Assembly: GCF_000143415.4 (NCBI RefSeq)
Contig: NW_003314380.1
Location: forward strand, 404,281-468,280
Reading direction: 5' to 3'
Length of the DNA: 64,000 bases
Source of the DNA: Selaginella moellendorffii
Lineage: Eukaryota; Plantae; Lycopodiophyta
In this document: one piece after another, positions 1-14,221 of the stretch
Numbering within the stretch: the first letter of the stretch is position 1
Layout: each line of letters starts with the position of its first letter
Translations under genes and position numbers: made by a program
The notes under the pieces: model-generated
What the model was told of the DNA's origin: nothing
Seen by the model: only the letters and a program-made list of their open reading frames with translations
Database searches by the model: none

Positions 1-140
1 TTATTTAGGCGAAGACAACGTTCCTTGCGTTGAGGCATCCTTGTCTTTGGTCGTTCGTACGTACGTACATAGAATGTTCATATTATCAGGAGAATATATT
101 TTGGGAAAGGAATATATTTTGGCATTTACGCCTGAGAGGA

Positions 141-469
141 TTGACCCTTGACCAAGCGACAGCGCCGGGTCAATTATGGTGGACTGTTTGTTCGAGTCGG
201 GCTTGGATTGTATCGGCCAGCCACGCTACAGTATGTCAACAGTTAAATTGACTAGATGTCAAAGACAGTCAACAGCCTGCAGCATGGAATATACTCCGGA
301 GTTGGTGAGAACTGTGAGTGCGCAGCCATTGTTGTTTTAGTTTGATAAGAATCGTTTCTCTAGTGGAATTCCCTGGAGTCCACGTCACTGTCCAGATCAC
401 CGCAATTCCTGCATGGCACTGCCACGCGGCCATAATTGAGTGACGTGTTTGGAACACGTGTGGTTGACC
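141..469 (+). promoter_or_regulatory. W-box-rich proximal promoter of the PDR gene (6 W-boxes, G-box, TGACGT)
   Basis: TTGACC 141-146, 148-153 and 464-469; GGTCAA 168-173; TTGACT 248-253; AGTCAA 267-272; TGACGT 441-446; CACGTG 455-460. All lie within 700 bp upstream of the ATG. Confidence 0.5.
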
Positions 470-845
470 GAGGGGCTCGGCTTGTAAATTTTAAAAAGGC
501 TTGCAAGCGGGCAGGCCGTGTCTTCCCTAGAGACGCGCTCAAGAGAGAGCGGCGGGCATCTCTTATCCTCTCCTCCTCCCTCCCTCCTCCATTGAGCGGC
601 ATCTCCTCCCTGATCGATCGATCGCGGCCAGGCGCGGCGGGCGAGCAGGAGAGATCTTGCGCCACAGCACTTGGATTCTTGGAGCCTGATCAGGTGGGAA
701 ATATTTCGCGAAATCGCGAGGTATTTCGATCGCCGTTCTTCGAGAACGAGCGCAGTTCCCCCGGGGTGCCACAGATTTACGCGAGAATGACAGGGATTTG
801 AGCGCCAGGGCAGCGATCTGGGGAAATCGTCGTTCTTGAAATACC

Positions 846-3800
846 ATGGCGCACTCTGGTAAGTTCGAGCACATCGATGCGTGGGGGAACAACAGCCGGC
901 GCGGCAGCCTGCGCAGTAGCAGCGTCCGCAACTGGGGGATCGGCCCCGAGAGCGTCTTCAGCCGATCTTCCACCTCGCGGACGGTTCCCGCGGCGAACGA
1001 CGATGAGGAGGCTCTCCGGTGGGCCGCGCTGGAGAAGCTGCCCACGTATGATCGGCTGCGCACCACGATCCTCAAGAACCTCCAGGGCAGCCGGGTTGTC
1101 CACCAGGAAATCGATGTGCGGAATTTGGGGCCGCTGGAGCGCCAGATCCTCATGGACAATCTCATCCAGGCCACCGAGGAAGACAATGAGAAGTTCCTCA
1201 AGAAGCTCCGCAATCGAATCGACAGGTTAGAGCCATCCGGCTACTCACTCTTGCGCTTGATTGCTCAAGGCGATCTTCTTGGATGGCAGAGTTGGGATCG
1301 AGCTGCCCACCACCGAGGTGCGCTTCGAGAATGTGACGATCAATGCGGAATGCATGGTGGGAGGAAGAGCGCTGCCCACACTCTGGAACGCTGTCAGGAA
1401 CACGGCAGAGGTACCAAAGATTCATAGTTTTTTCACTTGAGTTTTGATTCATGGGGGATTCGTTGATTGCCCAGATGCTCCTCGGTGTCGTGGGAATCTC
1501 TACTGGAAAAAGCACCACTCTTACAATCCTCAAGGATGTGAGTGGAATCATCAAGCCTGGAAGGTACGATTCCAAAAGCAGAGAAAACAGGGACTGAAAC
1601 ATCTCATTGGCGCTGGCAGAATGACGCTCTTGCTTGGTCCTCCGAGCTCAGGAAAAACGACATTGCTACTTGCATTGGCTGGAAAATTGGACCCAACTCT
1701 CAAGGTAGATGACATTTCCTCCTAGGGCTCTTGGCTTTTTTTCTGATGCTCTCGTGCAGACGAGGGGACAAGTCACATACAATGGCTACGAGCTTGACGA
1801 GTTCGTTCCGCAAAAGACGTCGGCTTATATCAGCCAGCACGATCTACACGTCGGTGAGATGACTGTTCGCGAGACACTGGAGTTCTCAGCAAGATGTCAA
1901 GGAGTCGGTACTCGATATGGTGAGCTAAAACTTTTGGTGCCTTTTAGGAATGTGTCTAATCCTAGAGCTTGTTCTGCGTTCCTAGAGTTATTAGCGGAGC
2001 TTGCGAGACGAGAAAAGGAAGCGGGGATTCTTCCCGATGCCCACATTGATCTCTACATGAAGGTAAAGTCGGAACGGCGTTTTCTTCACTGTTTTTTTTT
2101 TTTTTGCTGAAGCGGACTTTTCTTCTTATCTTTTTGCTGTAGGCCACAGCCACTGAAGGTGTCCAGAATGCCATTATCACTGACTACACTTTGAAGGTTA
2201 GCTTTCTGGACAAGAAAATTCGTTATCTTTGGATGAGCTAATCGCTCTTTTCCATATTTGCAGATTCTTGGCCTTGATGTCTGTGCGGACACGATGGTGG
2301 GAGACGACATGAGACGTGGAATTTCCGGAGGGCAGAAAAAGCGAGTCACCACAGGTATGCGAGAAAGAAAAGCCGCTCTAGAATTTGTTTATAATTTGTT
2401 TATCTTTACCTTTGCCAGGAGAAATGATAGTTGGGCCTACGAAGACTTTGTTCATGGACGAGATCTCAACAGGCCTTGACAGCTCCACCACCTTCCAGAT
2501 CGTGAAATGCCTCCAGCAATTTGCTCACGTTATCGAAGGGACCGTGTTCATGTCACTCCTCCAACCAGCGCCCGAAACTTTCAATCTCTTCGACGACATC
2601 ATTCTCCTTTCAGAGGGTCAGATTGTGTATCAAGGCCCGAGGAAGTACGTAATGGAGTTTTTCGAGAGCTGTGGGTTCAGGTGTCCCGATCGGAAAGGCA
2701 TTGCGGACTTTCTGCAGGAGGTGAGTGCGAAATTTGATCTTTATTCTGGCTTTGACTTATTCCGTGAGTTTTTTGCTGTGCTGTTTGATCAGGTAACTTC
2801 TCGCAAAGACCAGCAGCAATACTGGGCTGATAGTCGTCGACCATACAAATACATTTCCGTTAAAGAATTCACTGAAAGATTCAAACAATTTCACGTTGGA
2901 CAGCAGTTGACCGCGGAACTCAAGCATCCATACCACAAGTCCAGCAGCCACAAAGCAGCTCTAGTCTTCAAAAGATACTCTGTGAGCAACCTGGAACTTT
3001 TCAAAGCAGGATTTGCTAAAGAGTGGTTGCTGGTGAAGCGAAATTCTTTCGTCTACGTCTTTAAATCCGTGCAGGTATGAATTTCCTTTGGTTTCGTTTT
3101 TGTAATCTGGTGTTATGCTTTGTTATAGATTGTTATTATGGCTTTCGTTGCCATGACCGTTTTCTTGCGAACGAGAATGCATCAAAGAAATCTCAACGAC
3201 GCAAATGCTTACCTGGGGGCCTTATTTTTCTCGCTCATCACCATCATGTTTAACGGATTCTCTGAGGTTTCAATCACTATCACTCGCCTTCCCGTGTTTT
3301 TCAAACAGCGAGACTTGCTCTTTCATCCGGCATGGGCTTACACGCTACCAACTTATGCGCTGAGCCTTCCATTTGCAGTGATTGAGTCCTTCATATGGAC
3401 TGCCATGACTTATTATGTCGAGGGGCTCGCACCCGAGGCCGGACGGTAAGTCTTCTACAAGCTTTTCTCATGCAGGTGAATGAAGTTTTTATCTCGTAGA
3501 TTTTTCAAGCACTTTCTAGTGCTCCTGCTTGTGCATCAAATGGCATCGTCACTTTTCCGCTGCATTGCGGGTTTGTGCCGGACTATGATCATCTCGAACA
3601 CCGGAGGAGCCTTTTCGCTACTTGTCGTGTTCGTGCTTGGAGGATTCATTATATCAAAAGGTACTTGGCTGCTACAAACTCCAGCTAACCTCAACGAGCT
3701 TCTCTTACAAAATTTCAGATAGAATTCCGTCGTGGTGGATATGGGGTTACTGGATTTCTCCTCTAACATATGCAGACAGTGCAATCAGTATCAACGAGCT

Positions 3801-6572
3801 GCTAGCGCCTCGCTGGCGACAGGTGCGCGACGTTATTTGAGATTATAGGAAATCCAACGTCTTTTTTTTTTTTTTCTTGTACAGCCCGTGGTGAACTCAA
3901 CGCTTACGCTGGGTGTCAAAGCTCTTCGAGACAGATCGTTTCAGTATAGAGGCTATTGGTTCTGGATTGGTGTCGCGGCTTTAGTTGGTTTTGTTACACT
4001 TTTCAACGTTATCTATACGCTGGCTTTGACATTCTTGAAACGTCAGTATACCACATTATTTGAAGCAAATTGGAGCTAACAGAACCGTCTTTATGAACAG
4101 CGCTCGGAAAGCCTCAGGCTGTTATCTCCGAGGAATCTATGGCAGAGATCCAAGCCAGCCAGCAAGGTATTGAATATGATCCGTACGCGAAATCCCGAGA
4201 ACGTTCAAACAGGAGATCTTTCCCGCGCTCACTGTCTTCTACTGACGCGAACAACTTGGGCGGTTTGTATACTTGCTATCTGCGAGCTTCCAACTTGATG
4301 GTTTAATGGTTTTTCTTTCCTTCAGGTGTTCAGATGCAGAGAATCTCAATGGGGAGAGAAGACATGAATCTGGCAACCGTAGAGGGAGTTGCTCCAAAGC
4401 GGGGAATGATTCTACCTTTCACACCTTTGTCAATTTCGTTCAATGATATAAGCTACTTTGTTGACATGCCAGCGGTACGTGTTCATCTGGTTTCTGGTAT
4501 AATGTTCTTTGACATGTTTCTCTTGACATCAGGAAATGAAGGAGCAGGGAGTTACGGAGCCGCGGCTTCAGCTGTTAAACAATGTGACTGGAGCTTTCCG
4601 TCCAGGGGTGCTGACTTCACTCATGGGTGTCAGTGGTGCTGGAAAAACAACACTGATGGACGTCCTGGCGGGAAGAAAGACTGGCGGCTACATCGAAGGC
4701 GATATCAGAATTTCTGGCTATCCCAAAAAGCAAGAAACTTTCGCGAGGATTTCAGGCTACTGTGAACAAAACGACATTCACTCGCCACAAGTGACCATTC
4801 GGGAGTCTCTCATATTTTCGGCGTGGCTGCGACTATCTAAAGACGTTGACGCCGACAGCAAAATGGTGAACGACTGCTTTACGCCGAATCTATCTTGATA
4901 TGTTTTCGTTGCAGCAATTCGTCGACGAAGTTATGGAGCTGGTGGAATTAGAGAGCCTCGGGGACGCAATAGTTGGCCTTCCTGGAGTGACTGGACTATC
5001 CACTGAGCAACGCAAGCGTCTCACAATAGCCGTGGAGCTCGTAGCAAATCCTTCCATCATCTTTATGGACGAGCCAACGTCCGGGTTGGACGCAAGAGCT
5101 GCCGCAATCGTGATGAGAACGGTGAGGAACACAGTCGACACTGGAAGAACCGTCGTGTGTACCATCCACCAGCCGAGCATTGACATCTTCGAGGCCTTCG
5201 ACGAGCTTCTCTTGTTGAAAAGAGGAGGGCAGGTTGTCTACGCTGGGCCGCTAGGCAGGAATTCCCAAAAGCTGATCGACTACTTCCAAGCGATCCCGGG
5301 AGTCCCGAAGATCAAAGACGGCTATAACCCCGCAACATGGATGCTTGAGGTGAGCTCAACGAGCGTGGAACAGAAAATGAACGTGGACTTTGCAAACATC
5401 TACTTGAACTCGTCACTCTACCAGTGAGTTTTCTAGTTTCTCTCTTACCTTGGCATGATCTTCTTTTTCTTACAGACGAAACAAGGCTCTTGTGAAGGAG
5501 CTGAGTGTCCCAGCTCCTGACAGGCGAGACCTCCACTTCTCAACGCAGTACTCTCAATCCTTTTACGGTCAGCTCAAGTCGTGCTTGTGGAAGCAAAACT
5601 GGACATACTGGAGGAGTCCCGATTACAACTGCGTCCGGTTCTTGTTCACAATCATGTCAGCGCTCTTGTTTGGATCGATCTTTTGGAACGTTGGACCAAA
5701 GAGGTAGAACATCTCTACTCATTTCCTCATGTTAACGCCGTTTTTGGAAACTCTACAGGAGTAGACAACAAGATCTCTTTAACGTGGCTGGTGCAATGTA
5801 TGGTGCTACCATGTTTTTGGGGGTCAACAACTGCTCCACAGTCCAACCAGTTGTCGCCACCGAGAGAACTGTGTTTTACAGGGAGCGTGCTGCTGGAATG
5901 TACTCGGCCCTTCCTTATGCTCTAGCTCAAGTAAGTTTCTGCACTCCACACTATGTTTCATTCATTCACACTAAACTCTTGATCAGGTTCTTATCGAGAT
6001 ACCATACATTTTCCTGCAAACGATCTTCTACGCCGGCATCACGTACTCGATGATCAACTTCGAGTGGAGCGCTGCCAAGTTCATGTGGTACTTCTTCGTC
6101 ATGTTCTTCACTTTCATGTACTTCACGTACTACGGCATGATGGCCGTGGCGATCACCCCAAACCACCAGGTCGCTGCCATCATGGCCTCTTCCTTCTACT
6201 CGCTCTTCAATCTCTTCTCGGGCTTTATGATTCCCAAGCCGGTAAGCTGCATCCATTCTTTTGCTTTCGTTTGTTTCCTCACAACGTTCCATTCCATTGC
6301 AGAGAATTCCAAAGTGGTGGATCTGGTACTATTGGATCTGTCCGGTTGCGTGGACAGTGTATGGCCTGATCGCGTCCCAATATGGAGACGATCTCACGCC
6401 TCTCACCACACCCGATGGCCGAGGCACGACCGTCAAGGCGTTTGTGGAGAGCTACTTTGGTTACGACCACGACTTTTTGGGTGCCGTCGGGGGTGTCTTG
6501 GTCGGTTTCTCGGTCTTCTTCGCCTTCATGTTCGCCTACTGTATCAAGTACCTCAACTTCCAACTGAGGTAG
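846..6572 (+). CDS. Full-size ABCG / pleiotropic drug resistance (PDR) ABC transporter, ~21 short introns
   Basis: N-terminal [21 protein letters not shown]; NBD1 [38 protein letters not shown]; NBD2 [42 protein letters not shown]; C-terminus LNFQLR*. GT-AG introns of 50-80 nt join the ORF pieces. Confidence 0.97.
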
Positions 6573-6791
6573 CTCTTCTTTTCCAATGAGCTTTGGGCTC
6601 AGCCAAGCAAAAGTTTGTGAGCTCATTACTAGGATGATACACTTTTGTAACATATGTATAAAAGATCAACAAAGCTTGAGAATTTCTTCATACAAGTTGA
6701 AACTTAGACCCGAGTTTTCAGGCTTTAAATTCATTATTTAAATACTACAAAAGTGTGAAAAATTTATAATTATTTATTACAACTATAGCAA

Positions 6792-7345
6792 TCAATTACT
6801 CATCATCGAATGGATCAGGGACATACAATTTGCCTTGCTTCTCCACACATTGTCCAATGTTCCAGCGATGGGTAACTTTGGTAAAATCCGGGCAAGAAGG
6901 AAAGGGGCTACATCTGCCAAGAAGTGGTCATCCTTTGACCCCTCAAACTTTGGAGCCACCACCACGCTCTCTTGATGACCTTGGTAGAAGTCAATAATGT
7001 CATCCAGTGCCACCACCCGCTTGAAATCCCGAAACCTTACATGGTCAAGATTCTTGACTTTCGTCCCGTCCTTTAGAACAACGCAATTGCCATAATGTAG
7101 CCTCCTCGACACAAGCCTCCCAGTAGGGTCTAGATGGTCAACCACGAGGTTGACATACTTCTCCTCGGCGGCACTAAACACCACGATATCGTACACATTT
7201 GAAACCTTCCCCAGAAATTCATCTACACCTAATCTCTTCATGATGTGGAGTGGTGCATCATCGTCAAATTCCATGCTGAAATCTTCAGAAGAGATGAGAT
7301 CCTTATGAGCGTATACCAGTGGATTGTCTAAATCGAGAATGACAT
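6792..7345 (-). pseudogene. SCP/FCP1-like (NIF, HAD) phosphatase, frameshifted copy
   Basis: Near-identical to the intact copy at 37798-38385. A 10-bp deletion just after the ATG (7345) puts the DLDN motif out of frame, and further indels affect the C-terminus. Confidence 0.8.
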
Positions 7346-8021
7346 GATACCCTAAAAAATGAAAGAAAACCTAAAACTTGAAGGATGGTTTCGGATCATT
7401 CAAATTAACAAGGAAAAAAAAAGGAATCTAAGTTGGGGCCAAAAGTAATTGCATTCATTTATAAGTAGGGATTAATAGTGCTAGGATTCCATTGTGCTGT
7501 GCTCATCCATAGCTTACATTTTCTACACAATGACCATGAAAAAATCACACCCAAGTTCAACCACTGTGATTTGGTATATGTCAATGCAGACTGAGATCTT
7601 TGGAACAAGATCCTTAAGAGTACATATGACCTTAGAAGATCATTTGGATCACTTTCAACCAGAATTTGGATATGTACAGGTCTTTGGTGAACTTTTCAAC
7701 AGGGCAAAATAAGCCCAAGCCTCACAGCCACACTGGATCACCTAATGCCGGAGGATGGGGACGCTGCCAAGGAAGATCCCCTTTACATTGAGAGCCCACA
7801 GCTTTGCAACACCCCATGAACACCAATAGGAGCACGTGCCCACCTCAAACAACAAGTGAGACTTCAAAAAGGACATCACTCATCCAACATTTGATGCCGG
7901 AGGATAAGATGCTTAGAAGACTGATTGCTTCTGAGTTCCTTTATGTCTGTTGTTTTGTGCCTATGTGAAGCTATTGACAAAAAATGTGATGATCCATATG
8001 AACCTCTTCACAGGATCATGG

Positions 8022-8047
8022 GGAGAGAGAGAGAGAGAGAGAGAGAG
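8022..8047. repeat. (GA)n microsatellite
   Basis: GA run in the PPR 5' leader; a shorter mirror lies at ~37378-37394. Confidence 0.9.
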
Positions 8048-8059
8048 TGTGTCTTTGCC

Positions 8060-9956
8060 ATGACATCCAGCGAAGTAGCAAGAGGAGTGATCGCGGTGCC
8101 TCCTGCAGGCATCTCCACGCTAGGCCATCGCCAAATCGCGACTCTTCTGCGCCAATGTGGTGATTCCAAGTCCCTTCCGCGAGGGAAGCTCTTGCACCGC
8201 CGCCTGGCCGCCACCCTCGACCTACGCCACCACCCCTTGTTCAGCAATCTCCTCATCCTCATGTATGGGACCAGCCTCCCGGACGCATGGTCCGTCTTCC
8301 ACGATCTCGTCCACAAGAACGCCTTCTCCTGTAACATCATGATCTCGACGCTCTGCGCAAACGGCGAGAGCGCGCAAGCGATTCATCTCTTCCTCGCCCT
8401 CGCCAGCGATTCAGTCGTCCGCCCCACCCACGTCTCGTTCGTCGCCGCGCTCGCCGCCTGCGCCAATTGCCGCGATCTCCAGTCGGGCATCCGGATCCAC
8501 GCCCAGATCGTCGCCGCGCCACCCGCGATCGCGAGCAATCCAGTCGTGTGCTGCGCCCTCTTAACCATGTATCGGAAATGCGGCAGCCTGGCAGACGCGC
8601 GGAAGGTCTTCGATGACATGCCTCGCAAGACGATAGTCGCCTGGAGTGCGATGCTGGCTGCTTACACCAGAAATCCCGATCAGGGCGGGCTCCCCGCTGC
8701 GATCGAGCTCTATCGCCAGCTCCGGGATGCCGGCATTGGAACACTGCGATTGCCGCAAATGCCCATAATGGGCAGTTTAGAGCGGCGATTGCGCTGCAGT
8801 GGAAGTTGGATCTGGAAGGGATCGGGCCTGATATGGTGACGCTGACTGAGATCCTGGCAGCGTGTTCTTGGAAGCAGGATAAAGCACAGGGTATAAAGAT
8901 CCACGAGCGTACTTGCTCGTGTGGCTGGGAGCGTAATGTTGTCGCTGGAACCTCTATCGTCAAAGTGTGGCAGAATCAAGGAAGCAAAGCGTGTTTTTTG
9001 TCAAATGCACGTACGCGATGTTGTGACTTGGAACGCTATGATCTCCGCGCTTGCCCAGACCGGGCATTGCAGAGAGGCGATCAATCTCTACAAGAAGATG
9101 GGCGTTCAAAGGAATTCGAGCAGTTTCATGAGCGCCCTCGGTGCTTGTGCATTTCTAGGATCTCTGCAAGACGGCAAAAAAATCCATGCCGAGGTCATTG
9201 CGAGATTTGCCAGCTTGTCTCATCGATTTCTCGAGACTGGAGTGGGTAATGCGATGATCAACATGTATGAAAAATGGCAGCAAGCAGTCGAAGCAAAGAA
9301 AGTTTTTGATTCATTAAAATTTAGAAATGTGATCACTTGGAACGCTACTATTGCAGCATTTGCCCAAAACGGGTATTTCACAGAAGCCCTTGACTTGTAC
9401 CATTGTATGGTTAAGAAATACTCGTCCGTGCGTCCAGACAATGTGACATACGTGAACGCTCTCCACGCTTGCGCGGGACTGGGATGGATCCCAGGGCAGG
9501 GATCTTCACTCGCGAATCGCCGCGAGCGAGTGGAGCAGCGACGCAGTGGTGATGAACAGCGTGATGAGCATGTTTGTGCGGTGCGGCAGCCCAGGCGAGG
9601 CCAAGCGCGTCTTCCTGGGTCTGAAGAACCGCTCCGCAGTGTCGTGGACGATCGCGATCGCTGCCACTGCACAGCAAGCGAGCAGCGGCGAGGCCGTGGA
9701 GCTGTTCTTGGGGATGGTCCACCCGGATTCCTACGCATTCGCAGGGATTCTCTTCGCATGTAGCCATGGAGGGCTTCTCGACACCGGATGGAGCTGCTTC
9801 ACATCGATGCGGCAGGATTTTGGCGTGGATCCGGGAGCCGAGCACTTAGATCTTCTGGGTCGTGCGGGGCGATCGAATCAAGCCAAAGAGCTCCTCCTCG
9901 CCATGCCCTTCTCTCTGGATGATATTTCTTGGACGGCTTCCGTGTCTATTAGGTGA
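8060..9956 (+). pseudogene. PLS-class pentatricopeptide repeat (PPR) gene, frameshifted
   Basis: PPR motifs (ALLTMYRKCGSLADARKVFD, VVTWNAMISALAQTGH, ACSHGGLLD, LDLLGRAGR) are spread over different frames, with breaks near 8735, 8963 and 9500. Confidence 0.9.
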
Positions 9957-10034
9957 TCACTGTGGCGCGGCTCGAGATTCACGAATGGCGGCAGTGGCGT
10001 CTAGGATCGCTGTAGTGAAGGGACTGGCGGATGC

Positions 10035-11131
10035 ATGGTGCCCGGTGAGTACCGCAGGGATTCAGATCCACGGGAGTGCGTGGAGATCGAAGAAATTCCT
10101 GTGATCGATCTGTTCGATGTGGAGAAGTGCTCCCCTGCTCGGATATTGGCGATTGATTCCATCCGGAGCGCGTCTAGAGACTGGGGCTTCTTCCAGGTAC
10201 ACGAGATCGCTCACCATTGATTGAAATTCCACTGCGTTCTTGTAGATTATCGGCCATGGATTTCCAGAACAACTCATGGCGAACATGATGGAGCTCGTCC
10301 ACGACTTCTTCCGCCTTCCCATCGAGGATAGGTCCGTGTACTACGCCGAGGATAGCTCCTCAAAGTTTCGGATGGGGACGAGTTTTATCCCGTCCAAGGA
10401 GACGCGACGAATGTGGCAAGACTACCTCCACCAGGCGTGCTATCCTCCCTGCGAGATCGCCCAGCTCCCGACTAAGCCTCCATCCTACGTGAAGATCTGG
10501 ACCGCTTACGCAGAAGCCATGAACCGGTTAGCGAAAAGAGTGCTTGGATTGTTCTCGGAGTCACTGGGACTGGAAAGTGGTGCTCTGGAGGAAGCTTTTG
10601 GAGGAGAGAGGCATGCGATGAGGATGAACTACTATCCACCTTGTCCGGAGCCGGAGCTTACAATCGGACTGGACGCTCACGCGGATCCAAACGGTTTCAC
10701 TATACTCCAGCAGGACACCAGGGTGAAAGATGGCCTCCAGATTCTACACTGTGGAGCGTGGGTGCCGATCAAACCTCTGCCTGGCGCCTTTGTTGTCAAC
10801 ATTGGAGATCAGCTTCAGGTAAGCTTTCTTTCGATCGTCATCGTCGTGCATGCATGAGATTTCCAGGTTTTGATTGTGTGTTATTCAGATTCTTTCCAAT
10901 GATGCGTACAAGAGTGTGGAGCACCGAGCAGTTGTCAACTCGGAGCGAACTCGAGTCTCCATTGCTTCATTCTATGGGCCAGCAGAAGATAGTCACATTG
11001 CTCCGCTGGCGCAGCTGGTCGCTGACGAAGCGCCTGCTTGCTTCAAAGAAAGCGTCTATGGAAATTACCTTCAATCGTTCTACGCTTCAAAACTAGATGG
11101 CAAAGCAGCCATTGAGACTGTAAGGTATTAA
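10035..11131 (+). CDS. 2-oxoglutarate/Fe(II) dioxygenase, DMR6/S3H/FNS-I-like; exons 10035-10196, 10246-10818, 10889-11131
   Basis: IPVIDL, DWGFFQ, WQDYL, NYYPPCPEPELTIGLDAHADPN (HxD), VEHRAVVN (H), RVS (RxS). An upstream ATG at 9985 (MAAVASRIAVVKGLADA) is out of frame, so the N-terminus may be damaged. Confidence 0.88.
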
Positions 11132-11149
11132 ACTTTGTCTGCGTCTCGT

Positions 11150-12900
11150 TTAGGTTATGGTCATCCCACTCATTTCCACTCCCTTAGCCATTGGGTTGCA
11201 CATCTGTGGGTTGTTGATGCAATAGCTAATGCAATAGCTAATGCAATAGCTAATGCAGAGGGTCTCAATCTTTCATACAGCCGCCTTGCTTTATTGATTT
11301 GATCCAACATAGAAAATTGGTGACATGCCAGAAAGAAAAGAAGTATAGAAGAATTTACATGTAACGAAACAAATCAAGGAATTCTTTTCTGCTTTTTTTC
11401 CTTCTGGCAAGTCAATAATTTTCAGCTGGATCGAACCAACAAAGCAAAAGGTGGGAGATGTCTGAAGTTCTTAGAAAGATTGAAATTGTTGGCGGAGGTG
11501 CAACTTAATGAAACGTATCACATGTTCTATTTGTCTTGCTCTCATTCGCTGAGCAGACTAGTATGAAGAAAGGATGACAAAAACCTCCTGTTGTTTACGA
11601 AGTTCTTGGAATTGTCATGTATGGCTCGCAAAAGCACAGAAAGCTTCAAGACTTGACCTTCCTGCTTGATTGCTTTAAAGCACCGCATGGCACAGACTGC
11701 AAACAAAGATTTATGACTGGTTTAAATTATGAAATCAAGATTTACCTTCAAAGTGCTTGCAAGAGCTACAATGCAGCCAACCACGGCCAACAGTAACTGC
11801 TTCTCGTCCGAAATAGAAGTTTCAGAAATAAACCATGCTAGGATGTTCAGGCTATGTACTTGTACAGGCGTAGTGCTATCTGGTATTAGTGTTAGTGACG
11901 ACAACTAAAACACTGAGCTTTCCAACAGAAAAGAAACAGCATCGGAAGTATGCCCGAGGAGAATTAACTGTAAACTTCTCATGTGGGAAAGTTTTGCGAA
12001 AATAAGATAAATACTATGACGAACCTGCAATAGAGAAGATTAGTATTTCTTCTCGATGGAAACTCCCTAATTTTATTACGTTGGAGTCCAAGAACGAGAT
12101 GATCCTACACAATACAAGAAGTTTCGCCAGACGTAGATACTGGTCAGCACCGAACTGAGAAACATAATCAACCTAAATTATGCACAGATAAAAAAAACTT
12201 CATACTTAGCGATCCAAGAGTATCAGTGTTAGTTGCGATTGCTGACACTCCTCACAAAGAAATGGAACTATTTCTTTAATAACTGCTCTGGGTTTCCCAG
12301 CTGGTTAATTTCTTGCGAGAATAATAAAACTCAAACTTACCATCGGGACCTTCCACAAAGCATATTGGAAGCCGCGAAGGCTCAACATTTTGGAGTTGTC
12401 AGATATCATAGCTGCTTCTAGCATTAAATCAGTTAGAATGTGATCCCGCACTGCAATTTATAGTTCACGTCAGTATACCATGCATCTTGAACAAAATAGC
12501 TCGGGAGATGCAACAGTGTGGTGTCCACGGCTGGCTTCTTGTAGGATCCATGCATCTCACCTCAAGTGGGCAGAGATCAAGTGGAAGCTGGAGAGCTATC
12601 CCAATTCTCGGGAGATGCGATGAAGAAAATGGCGGGATTGTTGATTTTTGTAGAGAGAATATTCGCACCTTTGACCATTCACTCACCATAACAGAACCCC
12701 ACCACAGATCTTCCTCTCGCAGTGGAGTTGAATTGTGATCCACAGGAGCTGCAGGGGTGAGCTTTTAAGTGTTTTGAAGCTACTCTCTCTTGTTTTGACT
12801 TCCAGGTTCCGTGGATTCAATTCAGAAAGGCCTGTAGGAAAACGTTTCCCTGTAAAAGATCAACAGAGTTTCTTTTTGCCTATGGTGGAACCTCAATGCC
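11150..12900 (-). pseudogene. Unidentified intron-rich gene remnant; copies at ~34740-36300 (+), ~40455-40800 (-) and ~56397-57920 (-)
   Basis: Alternating exon-like blocks and T-rich blocks with GT/AG ends (e.g. LNILAWFISETSISDEKQLLLAVVGCIVALASTLK|gtaa). No family recognised. Confidence 0.4.
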
Positions 12901-12946
12901 AGGTACCTTTTTTGATGACTCTGCAAAATCATAGAAAGAAAGAAAC

Positions 12947-12951
<5 letters not shown>

Positions 12952-13017
<66 letters not shown>
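12952..13017. repeat. (GA)n microsatellite
   Basis: ~33 GA units; shorter paralogous tracts at ~34668-34695 and ~57959-57983. Confidence 0.95.
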
Positions 13018-13021
<4 letters not shown>

Positions 13022-14054
13022 TTGATCCATCAATTTTATCTGTCTAGGTACTCCTCTTTTTAAATAATTTGTTGTACTATTTAAAATACACTACTCCTCT
13101 TTTTAAATTATTTTTTGTGCTATCTAAAATATATCATAATGTATATTCTAATATATTTCTTAACATACTTGAATGCTAAACATAACAACTAATGAAACTA
13201 GGCATTTGTTTAGATTGAGGCATTTGCATAATGTTAATTGCTAGCTATTGCGCATCAGGACAAATGGCGAGAAATGGTGTCCCCACTAGTCTCTAGTTTT
13301 TAAATAGCTAGAACAATGTTTAACTCTCTTAAGTTCTTTTGTGTTTAACCATCAGGCCATCAATCTTAGACGGCTGGATTTTGTGCCCTCTATATTACAG
13401 AAAGAAACCATGAGTGTGGAGGACTTAATGATGTTAATTTTAAATTTATTTTTAAGGTTTACATTGGCATTCTGTTACATGTTAGTGTTAATAAGTGTTA
13501 ATAGTTTTTTCAATATAGATTATTTACATTAGTGATAAGTTAGACAATTAAATTTAAACACTGATTACAAGTTAATTAGAGAAAGTTTAAGAGCCCTTAG
13601 ATTAGAGAATATCCTAGAATATATTTAGATATCTAGGTATATGACTTTACTTTGTAAAGAAAAATTAAAAAAAATCTATGAGTGCATGAAATATGGAAAT
13701 AAAATACAAAAATATGCATATTCAATTAGCTAAATATGCATATTCAATTATTAGTGGTCTAAATTAAAACCAATTCAATGGCTATCAAAATCCCATTACA
13801 GTAATAATAATAAATGGCATTGTAACCATACACTTGAACCTCATATCATCCTCTCCTTTTAGAAGAATGGAAAGTAGTTATAATTGTTTGGTTGATAGGG
13901 ATTTGGAGGAATATTAGGTGGAGGAACTAGTGGATCTGTAGATGCTAGTTATTTATGATCCTTTTGTATGAAGTATTTCAGCTATTTTATATGCACAATT
14001 TTTAGAGGATCAACCTATTGAATGTCATGCCAAACCTCATATACTTGTGTCCAA

Positions 14055-14221
14055 TGTAAAAAAAAATGATTTGAGAGACAATCCATAAAAGTTCAAATAT
14101 AGAGGAAAAGGGCCCATGAATAAAAGTGCACCCCCTTTTTTAATTAATTAAGGGTCTTGGAATACTTTGAATAGTACTGAGTTAAGTGACTTCTCGAGAA
14201 GTCTAAATTCAAGAGCTTACA
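14055..14221 (+). mobile_element. Degenerate Cassandra-type solo LTR with an eroded 5S-like segment
   Basis: TGTA...GCTTACA termini, TSD tccaa/ttcaa, colinear with 29125-29318. Confidence 0.75.

Noticed and set aside
563-1230. Long antisense and alternative-frame ORFs over PDR exon 1 (and over the PPR gene)
   Set aside because: Shadow ORFs of GC-rich coding sequence.
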